DNA of 64,000 bases from NCBI GenBank assembly GCA_038259225.1, contig JBBSPA010000009.1, forward strand, positions 51 to 64,050. Reading direction: 5' to 3'. Shown piece after piece: positions 1 to 10,824 of the stretch (its first letter is position 1; every line of letters starts with the position of its first letter). The notes below the pieces were generated by a model. The model saw only the letters and a program-made list of their open reading frames with translations, was not told where the DNA came from and did no database searches. Position numbers and translations under genes: made by a program. This DNA comes from Propionibacteriales bacterium. Its GTDB lineage: Bacteria > Actinomycetota > Actinomycetes > Propionibacteriales > Nocardioidaceae.

Positions 1-898
1 CATCGCTCGACCCACCAGCATCGCTCGACCGACGCAGCCCCCTCGACCGGCGGTTCACGAAGTACGACCCGGTGACGACGAGCACGAACCCGACGACCGT
101 CCACACGGTCACCGGCTCGTCGAGCACGGCAGCGCCCGCGACCACGGCGACCGCGGGGTTGAGATAGGTGATCGTCGTGGCGCGGACCGGGCCGACCTCG
201 TTGACGAGCGCGAAGAGCAGCATGAAGGCCAAGGCAGTGCAGACCACGGCCAGCGCGACCACGGAGCCGACGACGTCGCCGGAGGGTAGGTGGGAGGGCA
301 TGCCGTCGACGACCAGCACGACGGGGACATAGGCAACGCTGGTGATCGCCAACGCCAGCGCCATGATCCCGATGCCGGGTAGCCCCTTCAGCGGACGTGC
401 CAGGATGGCCGGCCCCATCGCATACCCGACGACCACCACGCCGAGCTCCGCAACGGCACCCAGGTCGGAGCCGCCGACGTCGAGCCCCACCAAGGCGGCG
501 ACTCCCGCCACGCCGAGGGCCATTCCGAGCCAAGCCGTTGGCGAAAGCCGTTCGGCGCGGCCGGTCACGAACGCGAGCACGAGCCCGGCCAGCGGGACCG
601 CGGCGATCAGCAGCCCAGTGGTCGAGCTGGGCAGTCGTGTCTCAGCACTGCCCAGGAACACCCAGGGGATCGCGATCTCGACCGCAGTGAACACCAACAG
701 CCACCGCCAGCGCGCCAGCACCGGCCGCACGGCACCCTTGGCGACCGCGATCGGCATCAGGATCAGCGCCGCCAGGGCGGTGCGCGCCAGCACCAGCTCA
801 GCCGGGGACACCTCGTCCACGGCAACCTTGATCAGCAGGTAGGGGATCCCCCAGGCCACGCCGAGCGCGACGAAGAGGACGGCAGCACGTCGGTTCAC
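1..898 (-). CDS. EamA/DMT-family transporter (3' end runs off the window)
   Basis: My own minus-strand translation from GTG (898-896) reads VNRRAAVLFVALGVAWGIPYLLIKVAVDEVSPAELVLARTAL... It shows about ten hydrophobic segments in two EamA-like halves. There is no stop before position 1, so it is absent from the ORF track. It is divergent from a LysR gene. Confidence 0.75.
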   Translation of the reverse strand, partial: MNRRAAVLFVALGVAWGIPYLLIKVAVDEVSPAELVLARTALAALILMPIAVAKGAVRPVLARWRWLLVFTAVEIAIPWVFLGSAETRLPSSTTGLLIAAVPLAGLVLAFVTGRAERLSPTAWLGMALGVAGVAALVGLDVGGSDLGAVAELGVVVVGYAMGPAILARPLKGLPGIGIMALALAITSVAYVPVVLVVDGMPSHLPSGDVVGSVVALAVVCTALAFMLLFALVNEVGPVRATTITYLNPAVAVVAGAAVLDEPVTVWTVVGFVLVVTGSYFVNRRSRGLRRSSDAGGSSD

Positions 899-947
899 AC
901 GGCAATTGTGCTCTCCATTAAACCTTCAGTCCATCTAGTATTTCTGC

Positions 948-1871
948 ATGACTTCGGTAAGCAAAGACTTCACGATCGACCTGCGCCGACTGCGTGTCCT
1001 CCGCGAGTTGGAACAACGCGGCACGGTCGCCGCCACGGCGAGCTCTCTGCACCTGACGCCCTCGGCGGTGTCTCAGCAGCTCGCCGGTCTGGCACGTGAG
1101 GTCGGCGTACCCCTGCTGGAGAAACACGGCCGCGGCGTTCGGCTGACCGGTCAGGCGCGGGTCCTGCTCTCCCACGCCGTCGTCGTCCACGAGCAGCTCG
1201 AACGCGCTCGCGCCGACCTCGCAGCCTGGGACGAGGGCACGATCGGGGAGGTCCGCATCGGCGCCTTGTCATCGGGCATCACGCCGTTGGTCGCACCCGT
1301 CTATGCCCGGCTGGCGCAGGAGCGGCCGGGGATCGCGCTGCGGGTGACCGAGTCCGAGCCACCGGCCGTGTTCACTGCGTTGGACGTCGGCGACCTCGAC
1401 ATGGTCGTGTCGTCGGACTACCAGGACGGACCCGCACGGCACGATCCCCGCTACCACCGGGTCGACCTGCTCTCCGATCCGCTCGACGCGGTGCTCCCGG
1501 CTGGCCACCCGCTCGTACGCCGTCGTGGGTTGCGACTGGAGACGTTGGCTGCCGAGCCCTGGGTGGGCTCGGCTCCGCGCGACCCGTGCGCCCAGATCCT
1601 GCTTGGTTGCTGCACGGCGGCCGGGTTCACCCCCCACGTCGTGCATCGGGCAACCGACTGGGGCGCGGTCATGGCGCTGGTCGGCGCCGGGTGCGGCGTG
1701 TCCTTGGTCCCTCGCCTGGCCCAGCCGCTGAACGTGCCGGGTGTCGAGGTCTGCCCGGTTGTCGCGACGCCGGCCGCACGGCGGATCTTCGCTGCGGTAC
1801 GCGCCGGCGCCCAGACCGACCCCGTGATCTCGATCGTCCTCGACGCCCTTACCACCGCCGCCTCCCGTTGA
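948..1871 (+). CDS. LysR-family transcriptional regulator
   Basis: The 307-aa ORF has an N-terminal wHTH (LRVLRELEQRGTVAATASSLHLTPSAVSQQLAGLAREVGVPLLEKHGRGVRLT) followed by a LysR substrate-binding-type C-terminal domain. It is divergent from the EamA transporter. Confidence 0.9.
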   Translation: MTSVSKDFTIDLRRLRVLRELEQRGTVAATASSLHLTPSAVSQQLAGLAREVGVPLLEKHGRGVRLTGQARVLLSHAVVVHEQLERARADLAAWDEGTIGEVRIGALSSGITPLVAPVYARLAQERPGIALRVTESEPPAVFTALDVGDLDMVVSSDYQDGPARHDPRYHRVDLLSDPLDAVLPAGHPLVRRRGLRLETLAAEPWVGSAPRDPCAQILLGCCTAAGFTPHVVHRATDWGAVMALVGAGCGVSLVPRLAQPLNVPGVEVCPVVATPAARRIFAAVRAGAQTDPVISIVLDALTTAASR

Positions 1872-1931
1872 GTGCGCAGTTGGTGCAGGTTCAGTGCGCA
1901 CTCAGTGCAGGTTCAGTGCGCAGTTTGTCGG
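1871..1931. repeat. 22-nt tandem repeat x2.7 containing the palindrome AGTGCGCACT
   Basis: The units are AGTGCGCAGTTGGTGCAGGTTC / AGTGCGCACTCAGTGCAGGTTC / AGTGCGCAGTTTGTCGG. The repeat starts at the last base of the lysR stop codon and lies upstream of the hotdog gene. Confidence 0.9.
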
Positions 1932-1977
1932 GGCCGCCGACGGCTCGCACCGAGCCCGTGGATAGCGTCGACCCTCG

Positions 1978-2721
1978 ATGAGCAACGACCCGACAACCGT
2001 CACGATCGCAACCCGGTACGCCGGACCGCCCTCGTCGGGCAATGGCGGCTACACCGCCGGCCTACTCGCCTCCCATCTGACCGGGCTCCGCAGGCAGCCA
2101 GTCACAGTGACCTTGCGCCGACCACCTCCGTTGGACACGGCGATGTCGGTGCTGACGAACGGCGGAGACGACACGGCGCGCTTGATGGCGGGGCAGGACC
2201 TGGTGGCCGAGGCCGGGCCGGGCTCTTTCAGCGACGAGGCCGTGGAGCCGGTGTCGCTGGGAACCGCGCGAGCCGCAGAGGCGGCCTACCGCGGACTCAC
2301 CGATCACCCGTTCCCACGCTGCTTCGTCTGCGGTCCGGCCCGGGCCGAGGGTGACGGTCTACGGCTCCGGCCGGGCCTCGTCGCGCCGGGTCGGACGGCC
2401 TGCGTGTGGACGCCGCACCTAGGCCTGGCCGATGACGTGGGAGACGTGCCGGAGGTGTTCGGATGGTCCGCGCTGGACTGTCCCGGTGGCTGGACGTCAG
2501 ACCTCGATGCCCGACCATTGGTGTTGGGTCGGATGACGGCTGTGTGTGACCCGGTCAGGACCGGGACGTCGTACGTCGTCGTAGGACGACTGCTCGGCGA
2601 GGATGGTCGCAAGACGTTCACCGCCAGTGCCGTGTATGACGTCACCGATGACGAGGTAGGCCGCCTCGTCGGTCGCGCCGAGCAGGTCTGGATCGCGATC
2701 GACCCCGGTCAGTTCAGCTGA
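1978..2721 (+). CDS. Hotdog-fold (thioesterase-like) protein, specificity unknown
   Basis: The 247-aa ORF carries GNGGYTAGLL and FPRCFVCGP..EGDGLRL motifs typical of actinobacterial PaaI-like hotdog proteins. Codon third positions are GC-rich. Confidence 0.6.
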   Translation: MSNDPTTVTIATRYAGPPSSGNGGYTAGLLASHLTGLRRQPVTVTLRRPPPLDTAMSVLTNGGDDTARLMAGQDLVAEAGPGSFSDEAVEPVSLGTARAAEAAYRGLTDHPFPRCFVCGPARAEGDGLRLRPGLVAPGRTACVWTPHLGLADDVGDVPEVFGWSALDCPGGWTSDLDARPLVLGRMTAVCDPVRTGTSYVVVGRLLGEDGRKTFTASAVYDVTDDEVGRLVGRAEQVWIAIDPGQFS

Positions 2722-2735
2722 TCCCCGCACTCGTC

Positions 2736-4331
2736 ATGAGAGGTAGTTCCTTGGCTCCGGTGACCTCACCTGTCCCGTGGTGGCGCGACGCCATCTGCTA
2801 CGAGATCTACATCCGCAGCTTCGCGGACTCCGACGGCGACGGGGTCGGCGACCTTGCGGGCATCACCAGCCGACTGGCCTACCTTCGCGACCTCGGGGTG
2901 GATGCGATCTGGGTGACGCCGTTCTACCCGTCGCCGCAGAACGACCACGGGTACGACGTCGCCGACTACCGCGACATCGACCCGCGGTTCGGCTCCCTGA
3001 GGGACTTCGACGAGATGACGGCGGAGGCCCACGGCCGGGGACTGCGCGTCATCGTCGACCTCGTCCCCAACCACACCTCGTCGGAGCACGCGTGGTTCAA
3101 GGCCGCCGTCGCCGCCGGACCGGGGAGCAAGGAGCGGAAGCGTTACGTGTTCCGCCCCGGGCAAGGCGCGGACGGGGCGAAACCCCCGAACAACTGGACG
3201 TCGGTCTTCGGGGGACCGGCCTGGACCCGCCTCGACGACGGCGAGTGGTATCTCCACCTGTTCGATCCCACGCAGCCGGACCTGAACTGGCGCCGCAAGG
3301 AGGTGCGTGACGAGTTCGTGTCCATCCTGCGCTTCTGGCTGGACCGAGGCGTCGACGGATTCCGCGTCGACGTGGCACACGGGCTGATCAAGGACAAGGA
3401 GCTCCCGGACCGGTCGCCGCGCGGCAGCTTCCACGTCGCGCCGTACTGGGACCAGCCGGAGGTCCACACGATCTATCGACGCTGGCACAAGGTCCTGGCG
3501 TCGTACGACGGTGACCGGATGGCCGTCGCAGAGGCGTGGGCCGACGACGAGGAGAAGATGGCGCGCTACGTACGCCGTGACGAGTTCCAACAGGCGTTCA
3601 ACTTCCACTGGCTCGAGGCGCCCTGGTCGGCGGCAGCGTTTCGTCGGGTGATCGAACGGACCTACGCCGCCGTCGGCCCGGTCCACTCCTCCCCGACCTG
3701 GGTGCTGTCCAATCACGACGTGGTCCGCGAGGTCACGCGCTATGGCGGCGGAGCGCAGGGCCTGGCGCGTTCGAAGGCCGCCACCTTGACCATGCTGGCG
3801 CTGCCCGGCTCGGCGTACCTCTATCAGGGCCAAGAGCTCGGCCTTCCCGAGATCAACGTGCCGAAACGGGATCGCCAGGACCCGACGTTCTTCCGTGGCG
3901 CCGGACCGGGACGCGACGGGTGCCGGGTCCCGCTGCCCTGGTCGGGAACCGGACGGCCTTTCGGGTTCAGCCCGGACGGCGCGACTCCCTGGCTTCCGCA
4001 GCCGACCGGGTGGCAAAACCTGTCGGTGCAGTCACAGGACGCCCGGCCGGGCTCCACGCTGAACTTCTTCCGGGCTGCGCTGGCCCGCCGTCGCGAAGTG
4101 GTCCCCTCACTGGGTGACACGATCACCTTCGCCGCCGGGCCACCGGGTGTGCTCGCGTTCGAGCGGGAGCCCGGATTCGTCTGCGTGCTGAACTGCGGCA
4201 AGCGCCCGGTCCGGCTGGGCTCGGTCCACCCGCGGTCGGGCCTGGGTGATCTCGTCATCGCCAGTGCCAAGGAGAGCCAGGTCAGGGCCGGCGTCCTCCC
4301 GCCTGACATCGCCGCCTGGTTCTCCGGCTGA
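2736..4331 (+). CDS. GH13 alpha-glucosidase / oligo-1,6-glucosidase-like
   Basis: The 531-aa ORF contains WWRDAICYEIYIRSFADSDGDGVGDLAGI..LGVDAIWVTPFYPSPQNDHGYDVADY, the GFRVDVAHG catalytic Asp region and the SNHD region. These are GH13 signatures. Confidence 0.9.
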   Translation: MRGSSLAPVTSPVPWWRDAICYEIYIRSFADSDGDGVGDLAGITSRLAYLRDLGVDAIWVTPFYPSPQNDHGYDVADYRDIDPRFGSLRDFDEMTAEAHGRGLRVIVDLVPNHTSSEHAWFKAAVAAGPGSKERKRYVFRPGQGADGAKPPNNWTSVFGGPAWTRLDDGEWYLHLFDPTQPDLNWRRKEVRDEFVSILRFWLDRGVDGFRVDVAHGLIKDKELPDRSPRGSFHVAPYWDQPEVHTIYRRWHKVLASYDGDRMAVAEAWADDEEKMARYVRRDEFQQAFNFHWLEAPWSAAAFRRVIERTYAAVGPVHSSPTWVLSNHDVVREVTRYGGGAQGLARSKAATLTMLALPGSAYLYQGQELGLPEINVPKRDRQDPTFFRGAGPGRDGCRVPLPWSGTGRPFGFSPDGATPWLPQPTGWQNLSVQSQDARPGSTLNFFRAALARRREVVPSLGDTITFAAGPPGVLAFEREPGFVCVLNCGKRPVRLGSVHPRSGLGDLVIASAKESQVRAGVLPPDIAAWFSG

Positions 4332-4344
4332 GGAGGAGCGCGGC

Positions 4345-5601
4345 TCAGGCGACGGGGTCGAGCGCGTCGTAGCGAGCGAAGTCGCGCTCTCGCGCCGAGG
4401 CGATCACGACACCGACCATGCACGCGAGTCCCCCGGCAGCCAGGGCGATCGTCGGGGTCGTCAACGCGGCCGCCGAGCCTGCCACGAAGTCCCCCATCCG
4501 TGGCCCGCCGGCGACCACCACCGTGAAGACACCTTGCAGCCGCCCGCGCAGGTTGTCCGGCGCCGCCACCTGCAGGATCGTCGAGCGGTACGCCGCACTG
4601 ACCATGTCGGCGGCACCACTCATCGCGAGCAGCAGCACGCCCAGCCACAGCGCCCGGGCGAAGCCGAAGGCCGCCACAGAGGCGCCATACACGATCACGC
4701 AGATCGCGATCGCGACGCCCTGCCGCCGAATCTTGCTCACCCATCCGGAGAACGTGAAGGCGATCAACGACCCGATCGCCGGCGCCGCCTGGAGCAGTCC
4801 GACCGTCCGCACACCACCACCGAAGAAGCCCCCTGCCACAGCGGGAAACAACGCCCGCGGCTGGGCCAGCACCATCGCGCACAGGTCGAGGATGAAGGTC
4901 ATCCGGATGTTGCGCGCCGAACGCAGGAAGCGGAAGCCCTCGATCACCGAGCGGATTCCCGGCCGCGTCGGCGCCTCTCCGTCCAGGGGCTGCGGCGGGA
5001 TCGGCGGCAGGCGGAACAACGCGTAGAGCGCGGCAGTGAACGTCACCGCGTCGATCGCGTAGGCGAACGTGTAGCCCACAGCCCCGATGGCCAGCGCGCC
5101 GAGCAAAGGTCCGACCGTGAATCCAAGATTGAACGACGCCATGTTGAGCGCGTTCGCAGCCGGCAGGTACACCTTCGGGATCAACCGCGGAATGATTGCG
5201 GCGCGGGTGGGATTGTTCACCGCGAAACAGCCGGACTGCAAGGCGACGACGGCGTACAGCAGCCACACCGACTCCAGCCCGAGCGCTGCCTGGACGACCA
5301 GCACCAGCGACAACGACCACAGCCCGGCCGAGGCCACCAGTGCGAGCTTGCGCCGATCGAACGCATCGGCGAACGCGCCGCCGTAGAGTCCGAATCCGAT
5401 CAGAGGGACGAGAGCGAACAGCCCGACGAGTCCGACCGAGAACGTCGACGTGGTCAGTGCATAGACCTGGATCGCGATCGTCACCGCGGTCATCTGCTGG
5501 CCGAGCTGAGACACGGTGTTGCCAATCCACAGCCGCCGGTAGTCGCGCGACACCTTGAGGGGCCGGACGTCGGTCAACAGCCGTGCCAGACCTCGCGCCA
5601 C
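4345..5601 (-). CDS. MFS transporter (EntS/efflux-like)
   Basis: The 418-aa ORF has about 12 hydrophobic helices. The N-terminus (RDYRRLWIGNTVSQLGQQMT) is typical of the actinobacterial MFS_3/EntS-like family. Confidence 0.85.
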   Translation of the reverse strand: MARGLARLLTDVRPLKVSRDYRRLWIGNTVSQLGQQMTAVTIAIQVYALTTSTFSVGLVGLFALVPLIGFGLYGGAFADAFDRRKLALVASAGLWSLSLVLVVQAALGLESVWLLYAVVALQSGCFAVNNPTRAAIIPRLIPKVYLPAANALNMASFNLGFTVGPLLGALAIGAVGYTFAYAIDAVTFTAALYALFRLPPIPPQPLDGEAPTRPGIRSVIEGFRFLRSARNIRMTFILDLCAMVLAQPRALFPAVAGGFFGGGVRTVGLLQAAPAIGSLIAFTFSGWVSKIRRQGVAIAICVIVYGASVAAFGFARALWLGVLLLAMSGAADMVSAAYRSTILQVAAPDNLRGRLQGVFTVVVAGGPRMGDFVAGSAAALTTPTIALAAGGLACMVGVVIASARERDFARYDALDPVA

Positions 5602-5906
5602 CCGGACACTCTAGACGCGGAAGACACCGGCCCCGACCTGGCCAAATCCGCTTGTCCGACCCCCGCAGCCGACGTACGGTGAACGCACACATGAGAGGAG
5701 GTGGTCCGACAGATGTGTTCTCAACGGACTTGTGAGGTGGCTCGCCGCTAGGCAGTCGCATCATTGGACGGCGTAGCGAATTCACGCCAGCTACCCGGAC
5801 CCGTGGGTGTCGGAGATGTCCGCCCGACCGTGGCTTGCCATGATCGCCCACGGGTCCCGCCGTGTCCGGGGGCCGTTTCGGTCCCGCTCGCCTACATTTC
5901 TCAGGT

Positions 5907-6575
5907 ATGACGTCTGACCAGCCAGGCCTGCCGCGCGACGTGTCCTCGTGGCGCGAGGAGTACGCCGACCACGGGCTCACCGAGGACGACCTCGCCGCGG
6001 ACCCGATGACCGCCTTCGCCAGTTGGCTCGACGCCGCGCGCGTGGCGGGGCTGCACGAACCGAACGCGATGGTCGTCTCCACCGTCGACTCGGCCGGCGG
6101 CCCGTCCTCTCGGATGGTCCTGCTCAAGACGATCGACCGACGAGGCTTCGTGTTCTACACCAATCTGGCCTCGCGCAAGGGCACCGAGCTTCGCGCCAAC
6201 AGCCTCTGTGCGCTGCTCTTCCCCTGGCACCCGCTCGAACGCCAGGTGCGAGTCGAGGGCAGGGCCACCGTGGTCGAGGACGACGAGGCCGACGCCTACT
6301 TCGTCGCCCGCCCGCGCGGGTCCCAGCTCGGCGCCTGGGCGTCTCCGCAGTCGGACGTGGTATCCGGACGTGACTACCTCAACGACCGCTACCAGCAGGT
6401 GACCGACCGCTTCGACGGCGTCGACGAAGTACCGCGGCCGCCGCACTGGAGTGGCTACCTGGTGCGCCCGCACCGGATCGAGTTCTGGCAGGGCCGGCCG
6501 GGCCGCATGCACGACCGAATCCGCTTCGACCGGGCCGACGAGACCACCTGGATCGTCGAGCGGCTCGCCCCGTGA
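5907..6575 (+). CDS. pdxH: Pyridoxamine 5'-phosphate oxidase
   Basis: Contains RMVLLKTIDRRGFVFYTNLASRKG, LFPWHPLERQVRVEG and IEFWQGRPGRMHDR. The track ORF opens at 5862, but the in-frame ATG at 5907 gives a canonical length of about 222 aa. Confidence 0.9.
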   Translation: MTSDQPGLPRDVSSWREEYADHGLTEDDLAADPMTAFASWLDAARVAGLHEPNAMVVSTVDSAGGPSSRMVLLKTIDRRGFVFYTNLASRKGTELRANSLCALLFPWHPLERQVRVEGRATVVEDDEADAYFVARPRGSQLGAWASPQSDVVSGRDYLNDRYQQVTDRFDGVDEVPRPPHWSGYLVRPHRIEFWQGRPGRMHDRIRFDRADETTWIVERLAP

Positions 6576-6689
6576 TCGTTCATGCGGCGAGCCACGGACC
6601 CACTCCTACCCCTCGGTAGCCGTACGCGCAAGAATGTGCTGTTGCGTCGTGTGTGGCACCGCACCGGCCCGGACTAAAGGGGAGACCAG

Positions 6690-9118
<2,429 letters not shown>

Positions 9119-9120
9119 CC

Positions 9121-9148
9121 TCTCCCCTCTCCCCTCTCCCCTCTCCCC
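9121..9148. repeat. Heptamer tandem repeat (TCTCCCC)x4
   Basis: Four perfect units start 3 nt after the serC stop codon and lie immediately 5' of family B copy 1. Confidence 0.9.
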
Positions 9149-9152
9149 TTGC

Positions 9153-9233
9153 GGTTTGCCTAGTTAACAAGCCGGGTGGCTTGTTAACTAGGCAAACCTG
9201 GCTTGGGAAGTGCGGACTTGCCTTGCAGACATG
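9153..9233. repeat. Family B composite palindromic repeat, copy 1
   Basis: It has a perfect 21-bp stem and 4-nt loop: GGTTTGCCTAGTTAACAAGCC GGGT GGCTTGTTAACTAGGCAAACC (9153-9198). A conserved tail module follows: ...CGGACTTGCCTTGCAGACATGG. Confidence 0.9.
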
Positions 9234-9242
9234 GCAATGACG

Positions 9243-9693
9243 GCCGTACGCCGGTCGCCGACGGCACGAGCGCGACGCCGGTGAAACCCGCCTCGACGAA
9301 GGGCCGGACGGACTCCCCCAGCGCATCGAGGTCCGGTCCACAGGCGATCGGGTCCGCCACGTCCTCGGGTCGACGTCGGCCTCGGCCTCGGGCTCGACCG
9401 CGATCAGGTGGTCGATCTGGTCCGCCGGCAGGCGAATCGACTGGCTCCCGGACACCGCTCCACCGATCGGCACGCGCCGGCTCGGCACGTCCCACAGCTC
9501 GTTGAGGTTCTCCCCCGTGCCGAGGCCGAGGTATCAGCTCAACAGCATCGGTGACCCTGGGTGACCTCGCCCCAGGATGCTCAAGGCGCGTACGCCGCGT
9601 GACCCCGCTCGTCCAGCCACGGGAAGCAGTGGTCACTCATCACCTCGAAGTCGAATCCGGCCTCCTCGGCACAGACCGCCAAGACCTGTCGGC
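9243..9693 (-). pseudogene. Decayed LLM-class F420-dependent oxidoreductase (G6PDH-family-like) remnant
   Basis: The minus strand in three different frames reads LAVCAEEAGFDFEVMSDHCFPWLDERGHAAYAP*, then LGLGTGENLNELW, then DPIACGPDLDALGESVRPFVEAGFTGVALV. These are N-terminal, middle and C-terminal signatures of one family compressed into about 450 nt, with stops, frameshifts and deletions. Confidence 0.7.
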
Positions 9694-9696
9694 AGC

Positions 9697-10824
9697 TCAC
9701 TGGAAAGAGCGTCGGACCGCCACGATCAGCAGTCCAGCCAGGATCGCGAGCAGCGCGGCCGCGGAGACCACGAAGACGACCTGAGCCACCTGCTGAGCCG
9801 GGGAGTCCTCGCCACCGGGTTGCGCCGACGCGGTGGAGGAGCCGTCACCACCGGTACCACCGTCAGCGCCCGCGCCGCCGGCGCCGGTGCCGTTCTGCTG
9901 CCCTGGTGTTGCCGGACCCGAGGAGGCTGCGCCCGGTGAGGCGGGGGTACCCGGCGAAGCCAACACGTCCGGGAGCGACACGGCCAGCACCTTCGAGCGC
10001 TTTCCCTCACTCCCGACCCAGACCTCGTCACCCGACGGGGGCACGGTGATCGACTCACCTTGCTGCTGCGCCGGTAGGTCGAACGACGCGACCTCCTCCC
10101 AGCTCGGATACGCATAGACGGTCGCGTCGAGGTAGGTCCGAACCACCGCGAGGTCAGCGCCGGGCACGAACGTGGCATCGGTCGCCAGCGCCGGCGCGTC
10201 CGCCACCGGACGCAGCCGAGCCCGTTTGTCGTCGAAGACACGTGGCGGAGTCGCGTAGATCTTGGCGCCTCCGATCACCTTGCTCACCACGAAGACCCGG
10301 CCGGAGCCCTCGTCGTACAGCACCGACTCAGCGTCTCGGGGCCCGTCGACGTACGTCAGGTCGACGCGTTGCGGCGTCACCGCGCTGTCACCTCGACCGG
10401 GCTGGGCGATCCGGTACAGATCCGCCGTCGAGTGGTCCGCGTTGTTGTCGCCGATGTCCGCCACCACGAGAGACCCGTCCGGGGATGCCGCGATGGCCTC
10501 GACGTCGAGCGGAGCGGCACCAGCAAGCGTCGTACGGCCGACGAGAGTCCCGCTCGTCGCGTCCAGGGTGTAGACGGTGCCGTCGTCGCCTGAGTCGTTG
10601 GTCGTGTAGACCAGCCCCGGGTCCACCGTGCTCACCGCGAGCGAGCTCGACTCGGTGATCTGCGGAGAGCCGATCGTGAACACCACGCGATCCCGATCAG
10701 CATCGCTCGAGTACGCCGGCTGGGCTCCCAGCGTCAAACCGACCGCTACGAAGGCTGCCACCCACGCCGACCTGGACCGGATGGACGGGGCCGGCCGTCG
10801 CGCCGCGAACTGAGCCCGGCTCAC
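9697..10824 (-). CDS. Secreted hypothetical protein (beta-propeller-like) with Pro/Gly-rich linker and C-terminal TM anchor
   Basis: In-frame GTG at 10824 overlaps the upstream stop (GTGA). It has a signal peptide (RSRSAWVAAFVAVGLTLGAQPAYS) and a C-terminus ending ...VVFVVSAAALLAILAGLLIVAVRRSFQ. The longer track ORF (to 11454) overlaps the methyltransferase gene. Confidence 0.7.
   Translation of the reverse strand: MSRAQFAARRPAPSIRSRSAWVAAFVAVGLTLGAQPAYSSDADRDRVVFTIGSPQITESSSLAVSTVDPGLVYTTNDSGDDGTVYTLDATSGTLVGRTTLAGAAPLDVEAIAASPDGSLVVADIGDNNADHSTADLYRIAQPGRGDSAVTPQRVDLTYVDGPRDAESVLYDEGSGRVFVVSKVIGGAKIYATPPRVFDDKRARLRPVADAPALATDATFVPGADLAVVRTYLDATVYAYPSWEEVASFDLPAQQQGESITVPPSGDEVWVGSEGKRSKVLAVSLPDVLASPGTPASPGAASSGPATPGQQNGTGAGGAGADGGTGGDGSSTASAQPGGEDSPAQQVAQVVFVVSAAALLAILAGLLIVAVRRSFQ

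Noticed and set aside
899-947. LysR T-N11-A box in the 49-bp EamA/LysR divergent spacer
   Set aside because: The spacer is AT-rich (CCATTAAACCTTCAGTCCATCTAGTATTTC), as expected for a shared promoter region. I could not find a convincing dyad, so no site is called.
3824-6127. 767-aa minus-strand ORF spanning the 3' end of the GH13 gene, the MFS gene and the pdxH start
   Set aside because: It is Arg/Pro/Gly-rich with no domain-like segments. It overlaps three well-supported genes in other frames. This is a typical shadow ORF of GC-rich DNA, where stop codons are rare.
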